A stretch of DNA of 64,000 nucleotides from Elsinoe ampelina (taxonomy: Eukaryota): NCBI GenBank assembly GCA_010093995.1, contig ML992502.1, positions 799,001 through 863,000 of the forward strand. The letters are read 5' to 3'. The notes beneath the pieces are model-generated. The model saw only the letters and a program-made list of their open reading frames with translations. It made no database searches and had not been told where the DNA came from. The translations under genes and the position numbers were made by a program. This document shows, in pieces, positions 47,686-60,034 of this stretch (its first letter is position 1; each line of letters opens with the position of its first letter).

Positions 47686-48017
47686 AGTCAGTGTCGTACG
47701 AAGCAAGACGCCATACCGCTGAAGGCAATTCAAGAGGTTGAGACCCCCGCGACGTCGTGGCGGGGTCTATCTGATTTGCCTTAATTTCAGCAGTACGTAC
47801 TCAGGCAGCATGGGCCTCGACCACTGCATGTTCAGGTCTGACAGACTCTGCCGCGGTATCAAATTGACACGATACATCGTTGCATGTACGCAACTTCGAT
47901 TCCACGTAATAATCAGTCCCGATAGCGATTTGTCACGTGACATTGATACCGGTAACTTATTACCAGCCCCAGACACTTGGGGCTCACGCTCACCCATACG
48001 CCGTACCCCGTGTTCCA

Positions 48018-49731
48018 TCATCTACCACGACGGCTCGTACCCAGCTCCTTCGCGACCTTCAACGGATGCCCCTCGGTAGTGAACACAAACCCCTGCCTCA
48101 CCCCCCTCTGAACCTGATACTCAGCATCCTAGTCATCGTCAGCACAAATCCTACCACACATGCCCTCCCAAACCTCTCGAGCACTCACCTCGGCAAAGAT
48201 CAAATACCCATACTTCAACGTCTCGGCAAAAAAGAAACTATCCTGAAAATCATCAAACCCGCCACCCCCGTCCTGATTCACATCCCTGATATAGCTATAC
48301 CCACTCCCCACCCTCGTTGTCTCAGCAATACTCCTCACCGCCCTCCACGCAAAATCCCGCCACCTCTCCTCCCCCGTCGCCCGGTACGCATAGTAGAAAC
48401 TCTCCAACACCTCAGGGCGCAACCTATAAAACCCATCCTTGACCCAAAACCCGGCCCGTTCATAAAACTCCACCTGATCAGCCGGCAACTCCTTCGTGTC
48501 CCAGCTAAACACCTCGGGGCCTAGTCCCGTGACGGTCGCATTATACGTCGCCTCGCACCCGAGGACCAACTCGAGGCCAAAGTCGATGTATTTCTGCTCT
48601 TGCAGCACGAGGCCACCGAGGATGAAGTTGCCCCCGTCGAAGCAGGCGAGGTGTTGCGACTCGAAGATGAGGGAGGTGGAGTTGTATTCTGCGACGAAGG
48701 TGAGGTCGGGACGGGAGGAGGGGGAGGAGGCGAGGTTGGCGATCGTGGAGTCGGCGGCGAGGATCCATCGGTCGAGGTACCGTGGGAAGCGCGAGGGGTC
48801 GTAGATGTACATTTTGAGGAGGTACTCGTAGGCCGAGTCGGCGCCGCCGATCCAGCCGCCGAAGGCGTCGAGGAAGGCGCCCGTGGTGATGTTGATGTTT
48901 GTGCCGAGGAGGCCGGGGAAGGGTTCGGAGGTGGGTGGGGTGGGGGAGAGGATGTACTCTTCTGCGCGTTGGGTGAGGTCGGTGTAGGTTTGGTTGCCGG
49001 TGAGGTCGGAGAGCCGGGTCCATTCGAGGACGAGGGTGCCGGTTGTGGCGAGGCCATTGGTGTCGCCGCCTGTGTTGGTGCGGTTGTTGATGAAGAGGCC
49101 GTTGTAGGGGATGCCAGAAGGGGTTTCGAAAGCGAAGGAGAGGTTGTTGGCGAGATGAGCGGTTTGTTCGAGGAGGACATCGACTTTCCTGAGCTGGTAG
49201 GAATGTTAGTCGTGCATAATCATGGTCGTCGTTGTACATCTCACATCTTCAGGTGCAAGTTTTGCAAGTGGTCCTTTGAGTAGATCGTATCCTGACAGTA
49301 GTCCTCCGACGTATCTGATATTGGTCTCGAACAAGCTGATCGGCTGATTGTCCTTGGGCGCTCCAAAGTTGATCTGGGGAATGTAATCAAGAATAGTGTT
49401 GACCACCTCAGGCATCTCCATGACAAGAGCGGTACCTAGAGCATCGACGGCACTGCACGCCCACCCCCCGCTTTGAGTGTATCAGAACTACCATGTTTTG
49501 TGCAGGAACGTCGACTCACAAACTGTTGTCAGACCCATTCGTGACCGGCAGTAGCTCATCACTGGGAAAGGCAAACTTGAGGTATCCATCAAAGGCGGTC
49601 TGGAAGATATCCTTGACAAAGGCAGCTCTTGCCGCATTGTCGGCCTCATCTGGAACTGTCGGAGAGCTCTGGGGAAATGCGCTTGTCAAGGCAAGCAATG
49701 AAGCCGCCGCCGTAGAGTGGGAAATGCGCAT
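48018..49731 (-). CDS. Secreted class I alpha-1,2-mannosidase (GH47, MsdS/MNS1B-like)
   Basis: Signal peptide; [59 protein letters not shown]. Introns 49471-49519, 49194-49244 and 48129-48188. Confidence 0.93.
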
Positions 49732-50683
49732 GCTGTCAAGGAAAGTTGGGTACTGTTCTGTCGACCCTAGAATCCAGTACTACCAGTCTGTGCCTTCGGA
49801 CCAGACAAACTGGAATTCAAGCTACCTTCTTGACCAGCCCATCACTCATAAATACTCTCCTCTCAATCAACGATGGCCATCTGGCCTCGACCTACCACTG
49901 CAAGACTATCGAAAACCCCAGACGCGGTCTCCCCTCCGTCAGTCATCGGATCAAAACATCAAGAGCATGACCAAGATGGTAATAAAGCTCGGTGCAGAAA
50001 CGAAGAGGGGAAAGGCATGTTCCCCAGAGTCAATTTATCAGATGTCCAAAGAGATGACGGCGATCAGCCAGCAGACCTGCCAGATTCCGCGGCGCTACGA
50101 AAGAGGAGATGGTGGCTGTGTCCAATGGCGGTTCAGGCACGAGGATGCTATGGTAGTATCGCTTCCGTCTTTGAGGGAGGGTCTATATGGTGATCGGCAG
50201 GTGCAGGTGATTCGTCGTCGATCGCGCGTTGATGGACCCGAGCCAACCATATATCGGGCCAGTGATCAAGTGCTGTTGTGATGGAGAGGTACATGGTTGT
50301 ATTCGATAATGGCGGGTGATGCCAAATGGAGGTCATCAAAGAATGACGAGATTGAGATTGGGTTCAGGTACGAAGGAGGTGTCATTCTCCGCTGGTATTC
50401 CGCTCGTTCTCCGCCAGTGACGAGGACGAGAGGCAGCCTCAGAGTCCTGCTCAAACGACTTGCCATTCTTCCAAGACAGGTCTTCGATTTGGGTATGCAA
50501 CGTGAGGTGAGGAGAGGAAAACGAGTATCAAATGAAGATGTGGTTGACATTGTGGGTCAGCCCTAATCTGCCCAGAGACCTTGCCAAGTAGGCCGCAATA
50601 TTAAGGAAGAAGAATATATGTATTGCCGTCTTCAATCCTGATCTGCTACACAATAACAACACTATGCCAAACAATCCATGCAA

Positions 50684-52363
50684 TCAATTCTCGATCAACC
50701 AAGACTCGGTCTCCAAAAGGCTCTGGGAAGCCACAAAGCTGAAACCTCCAAAGGGATCATTTTCCATGGCTACGCGAGGATCAATCTCCACACTTTCGAC
50801 CTTCATGTCGACTGTGGGATGCAGTGGTAGATCTGTGAACTCTTTGGCAAAGTTCTCTGCCAGCTCAGGATCCGTGATCAGAGGTTGAATAGGAGGAGTT
50901 AGCTCGCGCTTCTCCAACTTGCGCCAGTCAATCTTGCGGAAGAAGCGATGCTTCTTGATGGTCTGGATGTCCTTCGGAATATGGTAACCTAGTCGCTTAT
51001 TAGGTTCCTTACGAAGCAGGCGAGTGAGCAAGTCCTTGGCATCGGGGCCGAGAAAGTATGGCATCTGCAGCTTCTGCTTGAGAATGTTCTGCTGGATCTT
51101 TGCATTGTTACCGCCTGCGAAAGGGGGCGATCCGGTCAGCATGTCGAAACCAATTGCGCCTAGAGACCACCAATCGACGGCCATGCCGTAGTTGATACCC
51201 TGAATGACCTCAGGTGCCATGTACTCGATCGTGCCGAGAACCGAGTTGCAGTGATCGTCGTCGTCGACAGCAACCTTGGACAGCCCAAAGTCGGTCAGCA
51301 GGAGATGTCCTTCAGTGTCGAGAAGGCAATTCTCAGGCTTCAAGTCTCGGTAGACCACACGGACATTGGTGTGCAAATGCTCTAGAGCAAGCACGAGCTC
51401 GGCCATGTAGAAAGCTGCGGTGTCCTCGGGAAACATGCGTTCCATAGCTAGATGGGTGAACAGCTCTCCACCTTGAGCGTACTCGAGGATGAGATACAGC
51501 TTCTCTTGATCCTGAAAAGCGTAGAAAAGCTTGACCACAAATGGGTGTCGATTCACACTTTCCAAGATAGACCTCTCGGTTCGTGTCTGCTCGACCAATC
51601 GGCGATGCACGACAAGGGAAGCTTTACGGAATTGCTTCTGAGCAAAGAGACGACCAGTCGCCTTTTGCTTGACGAGAAAGACAGTCCCAAAGGCGCCTTT
51701 TCCAAGGCAGTGGAGGCGCTGAAAGTCGTTGGCAGCCATCTTGCGGTGAATCGAGCCAGAACGCAGGCCTCCTTCGATAGGGCCAATACGAGGGGATGGT
51801 CTGGCGCTTGCGTTTGCATCCGGGCTGATGAAGTCATGCTCCAGAGGTACCTCGTAAGTTTCGATCTCGGTCCGGTCGCTGTCCCCAGATACCACACTAG
51901 AAGTACCGCCATACTCAGAGCCAATGTTGCTGTCCGTCCTTGAAAGACTGTAGCTACGGTTCGCATCATCGAGTGACAGAGTGTCTAACTGTGCCTTGAG
52001 CATACTGATGCCACTCTGATTTGATCCTTGACGACTCATTGGCACGCCTCCAAACGAGACAGGCCGCATCAATGGGGATCCCCCTCTCGAGATATCGGAC
52101 TCGTCCGCACTGGCAAGCACGGGAGTCTCAAATCCTCGAACTACATTCACGGCTGGATCTCCTGGTGTCATGGCTCCCTTCTTCTTGCGTCCTTTGGTAG
52201 TCGCACGTGCCTTGGGCGGATTCACAGCGGCTCCTGGAAGTTCTGCGACAGCGATGGCGCCATCTGGATGTTCGACCTTGCGCAGTGGGGAAGCAATCCT
52301 GGCTGACTGCTTCAGCAGATCTACCCGATCCGACTCAGGCTGGTCGATGTCCATAGCTGGCAT
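50684..52363 (-). CDS. psk1: AGC-family Ser/Thr kinase, S6K-like (Psk1/Ypk3 type)
   Basis: GKGAFG, HPFVVKLFYAFQD, YRDLKPEN, DFG, GTIEYMAPE, C-terminal hydrophobic motif FGGFSF. Confidence 0.88.
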   Translation of the reverse strand: MPAMDIDQPESDRVDLLKQSARIASPLRKVEHPDGAIAVAELPGAAVNPPKARATTKGRKKKGAMTPGDPAVNVVRGFETPVLASADESDISRGGSPLMRPVSFGGVPMSRQGSNQSGISMLKAQLDTLSLDDANRSYSLSRTDSNIGSEYGGTSSVVSGDSDRTEIETYEVPLEHDFISPDANASARPSPRIGPIEGGLRSGSIHRKMAANDFQRLHCLGKGAFGTVFLVKQKATGRLFAQKQFRKASLVVHRRLVEQTRTERSILESVNRHPFVVKLFYAFQDQEKLYLILEYAQGGELFTHLAMERMFPEDTAAFYMAELVLALEHLHTNVRVVYRDLKPENCLLDTEGHLLLTDFGLSKVAVDDDDHCNSVLGTIEYMAPEVIQGINYGMAVDWWSLGAIGFDMLTGSPPFAGGNNAKIQQNILKQKLQMPYFLGPDAKDLLTRLLRKEPNKRLGYHIPKDIQTIKKHRFFRKIDWRKLEKRELTPPIQPLITDPELAENFAKEFTDLPLHPTVDMKVESVEIDPRVAMENDPFGGFSFVASQSLLETESWLIEN

Positions 52364-53128
52364 CCTTGTCTACTGATCGGCAATCCAAAGATTTAGGGCC
52401 AACCTCTTGTATTTCACAAGTCTTATGGGCGTACTCCGATGCTGCGGTCTCTTCACATGAAAGACCAGCAAGACTGATAAATTTGCAGAGATACTGAACG
52501 GGTCGTCGTCCTATTTTTCGTCCACCGTTCAAGGTGGACCCTCTACACCTAGCCAAAGGCAAGCAGCAGAGACTGTATCGTCAAGGGAAAGTCCAAGTGT
52601 CGCAAATGGTGAGATTGAAAGGCTGCGTGGATTTGCAGAAAGCGCGGTGTCGGAGTCCTGGTAGTTGCCCATAGATGGTGATTTCTGTATAAGATGTCGA
52701 GTGAAAAGTACGCCAGACCGGATCTGACGCGTAGCGAATCTGAAAGTGCTGGCACAAACGTGGTTGTTATTCTGGGAAGAAGAGGACCGTGTTGCAGGTC
52801 AGCGAGGAAATTTGGGAGAGGCAGGGAGGACGGAGCCGGACTTCTTGGAAGACGCTTTGCCCTTTCCGGACATGGATCTCCGACACGTGGAGAACCCCTA
52901 GTACCTTAGGTAATCAACCTTCATTGCACCTTCCGCTGATATGGACTTTCCGAAAGTCCTATAGCAGCGACATGTGAGATGCGAGTCGTATCTCCTAGCA
53001 GCCCATGAGGGAATGGTCAGACTCTGGTAGTATTTTGAAATCTATATTTACAGCGTAACTAGGCGTCATCGACAGGTCTGGGTATCGTCACTCTTGATTC
53101 TCATGGGCTCCAGCAAGCGCACTCTCTT

Positions 53129-55256
53129 CTAATTCTTCTCAATCCCATCCATAGTCGCTCCTGAAGCATCAGACTTAATGACATTCTGAAGCTGCTCCTC
53201 TGCCTTCGCAGCCACATCTGTGGCGGTCTCTTCGACCAGCTCGTCTAGCAGACCGCCATCAGGAGGTGTGTAACCATTTCCTACAGCTCCAAGGATGCGC
53301 CACGCACGCCGGAATTCATCTCGGACTGCGACGATACCCGGATGTGTGACGGTACGGGCGACATTGTGAGTGAGCTCGAAGGGATCCTCAATAGCGAACA
53401 AGTATCTATGGCGAACCTCTTTCTAAGTCTTGTTAGTCTCCAACCGTTGTCCATAGTGGTATACATACTAGGTCTGTTGTCTCAGTCTTCGCACCAGTCC
53501 ATCCCTTCTCTTCCTTGGTGAGAATACCACCAGGTGTACGAAGACTGAGCACATCCTTCATCCAAACGAAGCCGAAGCCCGATTGTGTGGTTGCATAGTA
53601 CTGGAAAAAGCTTTTCAACAACGCGCCCAGTGGATCACGGTTGTTAGTCATTGCTCCACTCATTGCTACTTCTTTGATGGCATTCTCGTCGCTCCAGAAG
53701 TGAACCCTCCAGCCGTCGACAGTCCAGACAGGGGCATGCTGTGTCTCAGCCCAAGCCTGCAAATTTGGCAGAACCGGTGGCCTCGCAACGTTGATCAAGT
53801 AGTGCAACACCATCAGGACGTATCCGTAAGACGAAAGAGTGCCCGAATATGGATTGTTGATTTTGCGTTTGCGCGCCCAAGCTTTGACGAACAAGATCAT
53901 TGGACGGACACGAGGGTCGCACAGTGAATAACAATATAGCATGTGGGTGTTGTGTATGCCGAGAGGGTTGAAGAAGTTGATATCACATTGGATGCCAACA
54001 CCGTCCTTGGCAAAGTCAAGAGGTCCTTTCTTCTTCTCCCGCGTCCATGGTTCCCGCTTCTTTGGAGTTGGAATCTTGACAGACTCGGTGCTCTGTTCTT
54101 GGGCGTCTTTCGCTGTGTCTGGTTGCGTAGATGCTTCTGGAGATTGCTCGATGTCTTCGGTAGAAGGGGCCACTGGCTGAGTACCAGCATCCCTGGAGCC
54201 TGGTAAAGCCTGCTGCGGCTGTGTCGGACTGCTAACTGTTTGTCCCTGAGCACCAGCATCTTGCTGCGGTTCAATCTGTTCGGGCTTCTTCCTGTCCCGC
54301 CCATCGTCCAGCTTCTCGTCGTCTGGTAAAGCATCCCACTTCTCACGAGCTTCCCTGAGAGCATGCAATAATTCCGCAGGGGGCTTCTCGCAAATCTTGA
54401 TAATTGGTACGCGAGCTCTGGTGAGTAGTCTTGCCCCAAAACCTCGCTCGAGCAATTCCTTCTCGAACCTTCGTGGCAAGCCATTCTCTAGAAGTGAAAT
54501 CTCAGCAGGCCCAGCGGCATGGACCACGTTACTGTCTACTATGACCAGGTCCATGTCAGATCCTTTGGTCGCAAAGCCAGATCTAAGACTTCCGAAATTT
54601 TGCAATGAAAGGTGCACCGCAGGATTATCACCGCTCGACTTGACCACTGCGGCGAAAATGTCTTGGAGCTGCTGCCGGAAGGCGTCTTTTTCCGAAAGTT
54701 CTTCTGTGGTCATCTCTATCGCAGGAATCTCCTTGGCAGCTAGGTCATCGAGGTAGTACCTTCGAGGATCATTCATCCTGCTTGGGTAACCCTGCTGGTA
54801 TGCCGCATTATGTTGTGCGTTTGCAGACCAGAGATGAGAGTTGGGAGCAGGCGGGCCCCTTCCATTGTGCGTGCCTTGATAATGGTCCATATTCTGTCTT
54901 TGCTGAGGTTGTCCAGTGCCGCCGGGAGCATTGAATGGCTGCCCACCTTGCTGCTGACCACCTTGCCAATGACCTCTTGCATTGAAAGATCCATTCTGGT
55001 AGTTTTGGTAGCTTTGATGAGCTCCCCTACCGCGCCCTCGATATCCCCGGCCATTTCCTCTGGGGCTCTGGTAGTACCTGGGGGGATTGGCACTGCTTTC
55101 CTGCGTCGACTGTTGATTGTAGCTAAATTGCCCTTGTCCACCACGGCCGCGGGATGCTCTGTTGGAGGATGGAAAATCTTGTATCCTCACGTTACCAAGT
55201 ATCATCTGGCGCAATTGTTGTTCCAAGTCGCCCTTAGACTGCTGGGACTCCATCAT
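53129..55256 (-). CDS. Cid1-family non-canonical terminal nucleotidyltransferase (CutA/Cid1-like)
   Basis: FGSLRSGFATKGSDMDL, CDINF, GTLSSYGYVLM, AIEDPFELTHNVAR; Q/G/N-rich N-terminus; intron 53423-53468. Confidence 0.9.
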
Positions 55257-55678
55257 GAAGACCAAGTGGCGGAGCCTTTGGGGGTCTGTCTGGTAGGACC
55301 TTGAACGGCACGATCTTGTCTCAAGAGCTTCCCGGTATTCGACAGAGTCTGTAATCGAGCGGTATCTGCATTCCCAGAAAATTTCACATTGTGCATGTGA
55401 GATGCTTTGCCCCGTCCCGTGATCGAGAGCTTTAGCATCTCGACTGACATGGCTTAGTCATCCACTTCTGCGGCTCTTTCCAGATCCGGCTCCGCTTTCA
55501 GCTCCTTGCTTAACCTCGCTACTGTTCAGAAAAAGGTCATCTTCGCCCTTTGTTAGCACCGCATCTTTACGACAACACCTGGGAGTATATCCTGAAGCTC
55601 TCACGAAGATCTCGACTCAGACTTCACGACCTCATGACATCGCGGTAGGGTATTGCGACGTCAGTTCAGCTGACAGCC

Positions 55679-57661
55679 ATGTCTGCTTCACCTGCTGGCG
55701 GGCCACCTTCGGGGCCGTCGTCGACCACGCCAAATGGCACTGGAGGTATATTCCAAAGGAAAAAGCCAAAGGCCAATCCTTTCATGGCGAAGAAGAAGCC
55801 ACCGCAGAAGAAGATAGATCCAGCTTCGAAGTCAGGTACCAATGGGACCACAGCACCACTCAATGGACAAAGGGCGATTACGAGTACGACAACTGCTCTG
55901 GATCCCGATGACGACCCTTCTACATATGCCGAGTACCCTCTAGTGTCTACTAAGAAGGCTATCCTGCAGAACCTGCGTCATCATGCGATGCGCCTAGCTT
56001 CTGAGCAGGTGGTGAATCCGTACGACCCTAGCCAGTTCACGCGGCCGCTCCGCCTCCAGCGACGGTTTCCGCGCGACCACAAGACCGAAATCTCACCAGG
56101 GGATGCCATAGACGACAAGGAAAGGGAGAAGGAGGAGATCCGCAAGGCTGAGAGGCAAGCGCAAAAGGATGCGAATCAAGCACAGATTGCGCCTACTGGC
56201 CAGGCAGGACAGCAGAAGAAGCGACCCCAATTTAAGAAAAAGGTCGAAGATGTCTACTATCCACAAGATACGCCGGAAGCGCAAAAGCGAGCAAAGCTGA
56301 GGTACGAGGAAGGTCGACCGTGGCATTTGGAGGACTTTGACAGCAAGAACACCTGGATCGGGGCATACGAGGAGCCACTCTCGGAAACGCACGCCATGTT
56401 CGCACTGGACAGCAATGGAAGTTTCAGGATGGTCCCATTGGAGAAGTGGTACAAGTTCACACCAACAGGCAGATACAAGACCATGGACTTGGATGAAGCG
56501 GAGAAACACATGGCGAACAAGATCAAGGGCTCACGATGGTTCTTGGAGAATTCTATGTCGGATGATCAAAGGAAGCGAATGGAAACGGAGAGGCAGAAGC
56601 GGCTGATGAAAGGTCGTGTTGGCATGCGCGGGGAGCGGACTGGTCCTCGTCGAGGTGGTGACGAAGATGATGGCGAAATGCCTGATGTCGCGGATGATGC
56701 GGATGAAATCGACTTTGACGCCGAGGACGAGTTCCAGGACGATGACGAAGGCAAATTGATTGGTGGAGAGGACGAGGACGTAAAGGAGTCTGAGAAGAGG
56801 ATCCGGCAGGAAATGTTGGGAGCAAATATCTTTGCGGGGACGGGAGTGAAGGAAGAGAAAGATTGGCATGAGGAAGAGGAGAAGGAGAAGAAGAAGGAAT
56901 CCGAAGAACGCAAGCGGCAACGCAAGTTGCGGAGAGCTCTGGTCAAGAATGAGAGGAAATTTGAATACGAGTCCGAGAGCGACCATCCGTACTCGGAGGA
57001 GAGCGAGGACGATGAAGATATGGAGCTCGTCAAGGACGAGGAGATCAAGAAGGAAGATGAAAAGAGCGGCAGGGTTAACGGGGACAAGCCTGCATCTGGT
57101 CCTTCATCAGTCGGCACAAACACACCTTCCGGCCGGACAGAGAAACACAGTGATCCACGACTTGCGGGTGCTTCCCTCAAGAGACCCGGATCACCCAACC
57201 TCTCCGAAGCTAGTGGCAGCGAATCGAGCCGCAAGAGACTCAAGAAAGAAGCCAACGGCCAGTTCCCTCGCCCAATGTCACCATCCGTCGACGGCAGCCA
57301 CGGCGCAACACGAAGACGCGGGGCCGGCTCAGGCTCAGACACTGAAGCATCCGGTAACGAACGTTCGAGGCCTAAGATCAGGATCTCAGGGTCACGAAGC
57401 GGCTCACCAGTGGTGTCGGCACCATCATCAAGACCAGGCAGTCCTCCACCTCGCCCGGCAAGCGCGACGCCCGTGGTTGCTGACATGCCTTCCATGGAAG
57501 AAGTCAGGGCGGCTATCCCACCAGGGGGGATTGCTGTTACGGATCTGACCAGATTGTTCAGGTCGAGGATTCCGAGGGCAATGAACGGTGCCTTTATCCA
57601 GCTTGTGAAGAGCGTAGGGAAGAATTCGCCTGATAATAAGTCGCTCATTATTCGGAAGTAG
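55679..57661 (+). CDS. TFG1: Transcription initiation factor TFIIF large subunit (RAP74)
   Basis: FTRPLRLQR, RYEEGRPWHLEDFD, FRMVPLEKWYKF, EFQDDDE, acidic and Ser-rich linker, C-terminal winged-helix-like segment. Confidence 0.92.
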   Translation: MSASPAGGPPSGPSSTTPNGTGGIFQRKKPKANPFMAKKKPPQKKIDPASKSGTNGTTAPLNGQRAITSTTTALDPDDDPSTYAEYPLVSTKKAILQNLRHHAMRLASEQVVNPYDPSQFTRPLRLQRRFPRDHKTEISPGDAIDDKEREKEEIRKAERQAQKDANQAQIAPTGQAGQQKKRPQFKKKVEDVYYPQDTPEAQKRAKLRYEEGRPWHLEDFDSKNTWIGAYEEPLSETHAMFALDSNGSFRMVPLEKWYKFTPTGRYKTMDLDEAEKHMANKIKGSRWFLENSMSDDQRKRMETERQKRLMKGRVGMRGERTGPRRGGDEDDGEMPDVADDADEIDFDAEDEFQDDDEGKLIGGEDEDVKESEKRIRQEMLGANIFAGTGVKEEKDWHEEEEKEKKKESEERKRQRKLRRALVKNERKFEYESESDHPYSEESEDDEDMELVKDEEIKKEDEKSGRVNGDKPASGPSSVGTNTPSGRTEKHSDPRLAGASLKRPGSPNLSEASGSESSRKRLKKEANGQFPRPMSPSVDGSHGATRRRGAGSGSDTEASGNERSRPKIRISGSRSGSPVVSAPSSRPGSPPPRPASATPVVADMPSMEEVRAAIPPGGIAVTDLTRLFRSRIPRAMNGAFIQLVKSVGKNSPDNKSLIIRK

Positions 57662-57952
57662 ACGATTTATCAGGAGGTTTGAGGCATCAAGAATACTTTG
57701 AGACTGCAACTGGTCTTTCAAACATGCATGAAAAGCACATTCTCGAGATTGGGTCACGGCAAGCGTTCATACTGCGAGGCGTTTACGGGACTATCGGACC
57801 ACCGGTGTCGGTAGATTGAGATAATGCATACCATTGACAAAAAATGCTACATGTCCAAACCCAGACAACTCGCTAATACATGGCAATGCAATCATATCTC
57901 ATGACCTCGCCCACCCTTTGTCCCACTTCCCATCCCATTTCCCCTCACAGCA

Positions 57953-59884
57953 TCACTCGACATTCGCCAACCACCCTCTTATCCGCTCACTCTTCCCCCC
58001 CTGCGCCGCCCCTCCATTCCTCGCTATCCGCGTGAAATTCGCCCTCTTCTTCTTCCCCTCTGGATCTCCAGCCTTCAAACCCGCCACGCCCGCATTCACT
58101 ACACTCGCGTCCCCAAACGCGTCGGCCGCCAGTCCTCCATCCGCGCGTCCGTAACCAGATTGCTCCCCTGCTGTCGGCGGCCGTCGGCGGTTGGCCTCCC
58201 GTTCCCCGCGCCGGCCGTAGCCCGCTGCCGACTCGTCAAAAGCCCGCATGACGACGTTGGCGGCGTTGCGCACGAAGTCGTCGTTGAGGAAGTGGGCGGC
58301 TGCGTTGCCGACGGCAAAGGTGGCGGCGGCGGCGGTCGCTGGTGCCGGTCTGGGGTCGCGGGCAGGGGCAGGGGCAGGGGCAGGGATGCGTCGGTTGTCG
58401 ACGCGGAATTCGGCGTCGAATTGCATGCGTCTGGCGAGGAGCTCGTCGTCGCGCTCTTGGCGGCGGCGGGCTTCGATTTCTTCGGCGAAGGTGCGCTGAG
58501 GGGCGGTGCCGACTGTGCGGCGTCGGATGGGGATGGCGTCGCCTGGTACGCGCATCTCCCGGAGGCGGTCGGCGTCTGCGAGTCCGCCGTGGTTGAACCA
58601 GGGACATTCGCAGGTTTTCCATTGGAGGCCGCAGAGCATGCAGAATTCGGCGGTGCAGCGACATGTCATGTGGTTGCAGCCTTCTTTGAGCTCGACCATG
58701 GCTTTGCAGTTGTAGCAGCTTTGCCAGCCGCGTTCTTTGGCTGTGGCGATGAAGGCGGCGGTGGCGGGGTCGTTGGGGCATTCGCGGCGTTTGTGGTATT
58801 TGTTGTTGCAGGTGGCGCAGACTTTGGTTTTGCAGCGCTTGCAGACACCGTATTTGCGATTGGGATGTCGGGTATCGGCGTGAATGTGGGAGGGCTTGAT
58901 CCATTCGCCGCAGCCTTTGGAGGGGCAGTAGAGTCGATTCTGAGTTTTGTATTCTTGGTACTTCTTGTTCCAGAGGAGCTTGAATCGATTGTCAAAGAGG
59001 GCATCGACATACTTCAGGGGTATGTGGGCAGAGGTGCAGCATTTGGGAGGCATATGGGCTGGATCAGTTGTAGAGAGGTTGAATATCCGCTTGAGGCAGC
59101 TGTGGCACATGCGATGACCGCAGGCCAGCTTTGCAGATTTGTGGACGGGAATGTCATCGGATCCGCAGGTAAGACACTCGATTAGTCGAGGAGCAGGGGC
59201 GGTCGCGGCATGGATGGTATGGGACCGCGTGAGAGGGTAGAGGGCAGAATGACGGCGCGAGGTTCGTCTTGAAGGTGTGACGGAGGCAGGTTTGGCGGCT
59301 TTGACATGGTCTCCGAGCACTTCATCTCGTGGCACCTCCAATCTGCTACCAACGACACGCGCTGAAGTGGTATAGCTGCGCTTGAGAGCCGGTCGCAGAG
59401 ATGGTAGTACAGGTACTCGGACAGAAGCAGTCCTGCTTGGTCGTGAAGAGGGGGTGTCCCCTGCCACAGCCTTACCCTTGGATTTGCGAGATGACCTGCT
59501 CGTGTCGATATCCTCATCACTCCTGGTCTTACCAGATCCATTCTGAGAAGAGTAGACATATCCCTGAACCGAATCTTTCCTCTTCCTTGTCGTTGACCGC
59601 CTGATGGTATCTTCTGGCGCAGCCCTGCTTTCCTTCTTCCTTGGCCTCGCAGCCGTTTCATGAACCACATCTGCAGGTCGGTCATATGTGTTCGATCGTA
59701 TCCGTTCGCGTTCAGGTCGGGTATAGTAATCTGCTCTCCTCGTCCTCAATTCATCCAGGTCCGGTGGGGGCGGGGCATCTTTCCCATCCTTTCGCTTTGT
59801 GCCATGCCGACTCTTATGTGATCTCTTCACGCGAGACTCCTGCTGTCCCTCCTCTGAAGACCGCTCGCCACTGCCTCCAGCCAT
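57953..59884 (-). CDS. RBR (RING-IBR-RING) E3 ubiquitin ligase, Ariadne-like
   Basis: CLTC...CGHRMCHSC...PPKCC, IBR YCPSKGCGEW...CKRC...CATC...H...C, RING2 CYNC...EGCNHMTCRCTAEFCMLC. Confidence 0.92.
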   Translation of the reverse strand: MAGGSGERSSEEGQQESRVKRSHKSRHGTKRKDGKDAPPPPDLDELRTRRADYYTRPERERIRSNTYDRPADVVHETAARPRKKESRAAPEDTIRRSTTRKRKDSVQGYVYSSQNGSGKTRSDEDIDTSRSSRKSKGKAVAGDTPSSRPSRTASVRVPVLPSLRPALKRSYTTSARVVGSRLEVPRDEVLGDHVKAAKPASVTPSRRTSRRHSALYPLTRSHTIHAATAPAPRLIECLTCGSDDIPVHKSAKLACGHRMCHSCLKRIFNLSTTDPAHMPPKCCTSAHIPLKYVDALFDNRFKLLWNKKYQEYKTQNRLYCPSKGCGEWIKPSHIHADTRHPNRKYGVCKRCKTKVCATCNNKYHKRRECPNDPATAAFIATAKERGWQSCYNCKAMVELKEGCNHMTCRCTAEFCMLCGLQWKTCECPWFNHGGLADADRLREMRVPGDAIPIRRRTVGTAPQRTFAEEIEARRRQERDDELLARRMQFDAEFRVDNRRIPAPAPAPARDPRPAPATAAAATFAVGNAAAHFLNDDFVRNAANVVMRAFDESAAGYGRRGEREANRRRPPTAGEQSGYGRADGGLAADAFGDASVVNAGVAGLKAGDPEGKKKRANFTRIARNGGAAQGGKSERIRGWLANVE

Positions 59885-59991
59885 GAAAAGTCATGGAGAA
59901 GAAAGAAACCCATCCCAAAAAGCGCACATGGTTGGTCTCGTGGCACCATAAGAGATGGCTGGATCGGGCCGCCCAATCAGAGCTTCTTAAC

Positions 59992-60034
59992 GAGTCATGT
60001 TCATGCAGGGTGCCGGCGTCGGAGATGTTCTCCG
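59992..60034. promoter_or_regulatory. Candidate Gcn4/CpcA core and CGG-N9-CCG palindrome in the RBR/LYS2 divergent promoter
   Basis: GAGTCA (revcomp TGACTC) at 59992-59997; CGGAGA-tgt-TCTCCG at 60020-60034. Confidence 0.35.
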
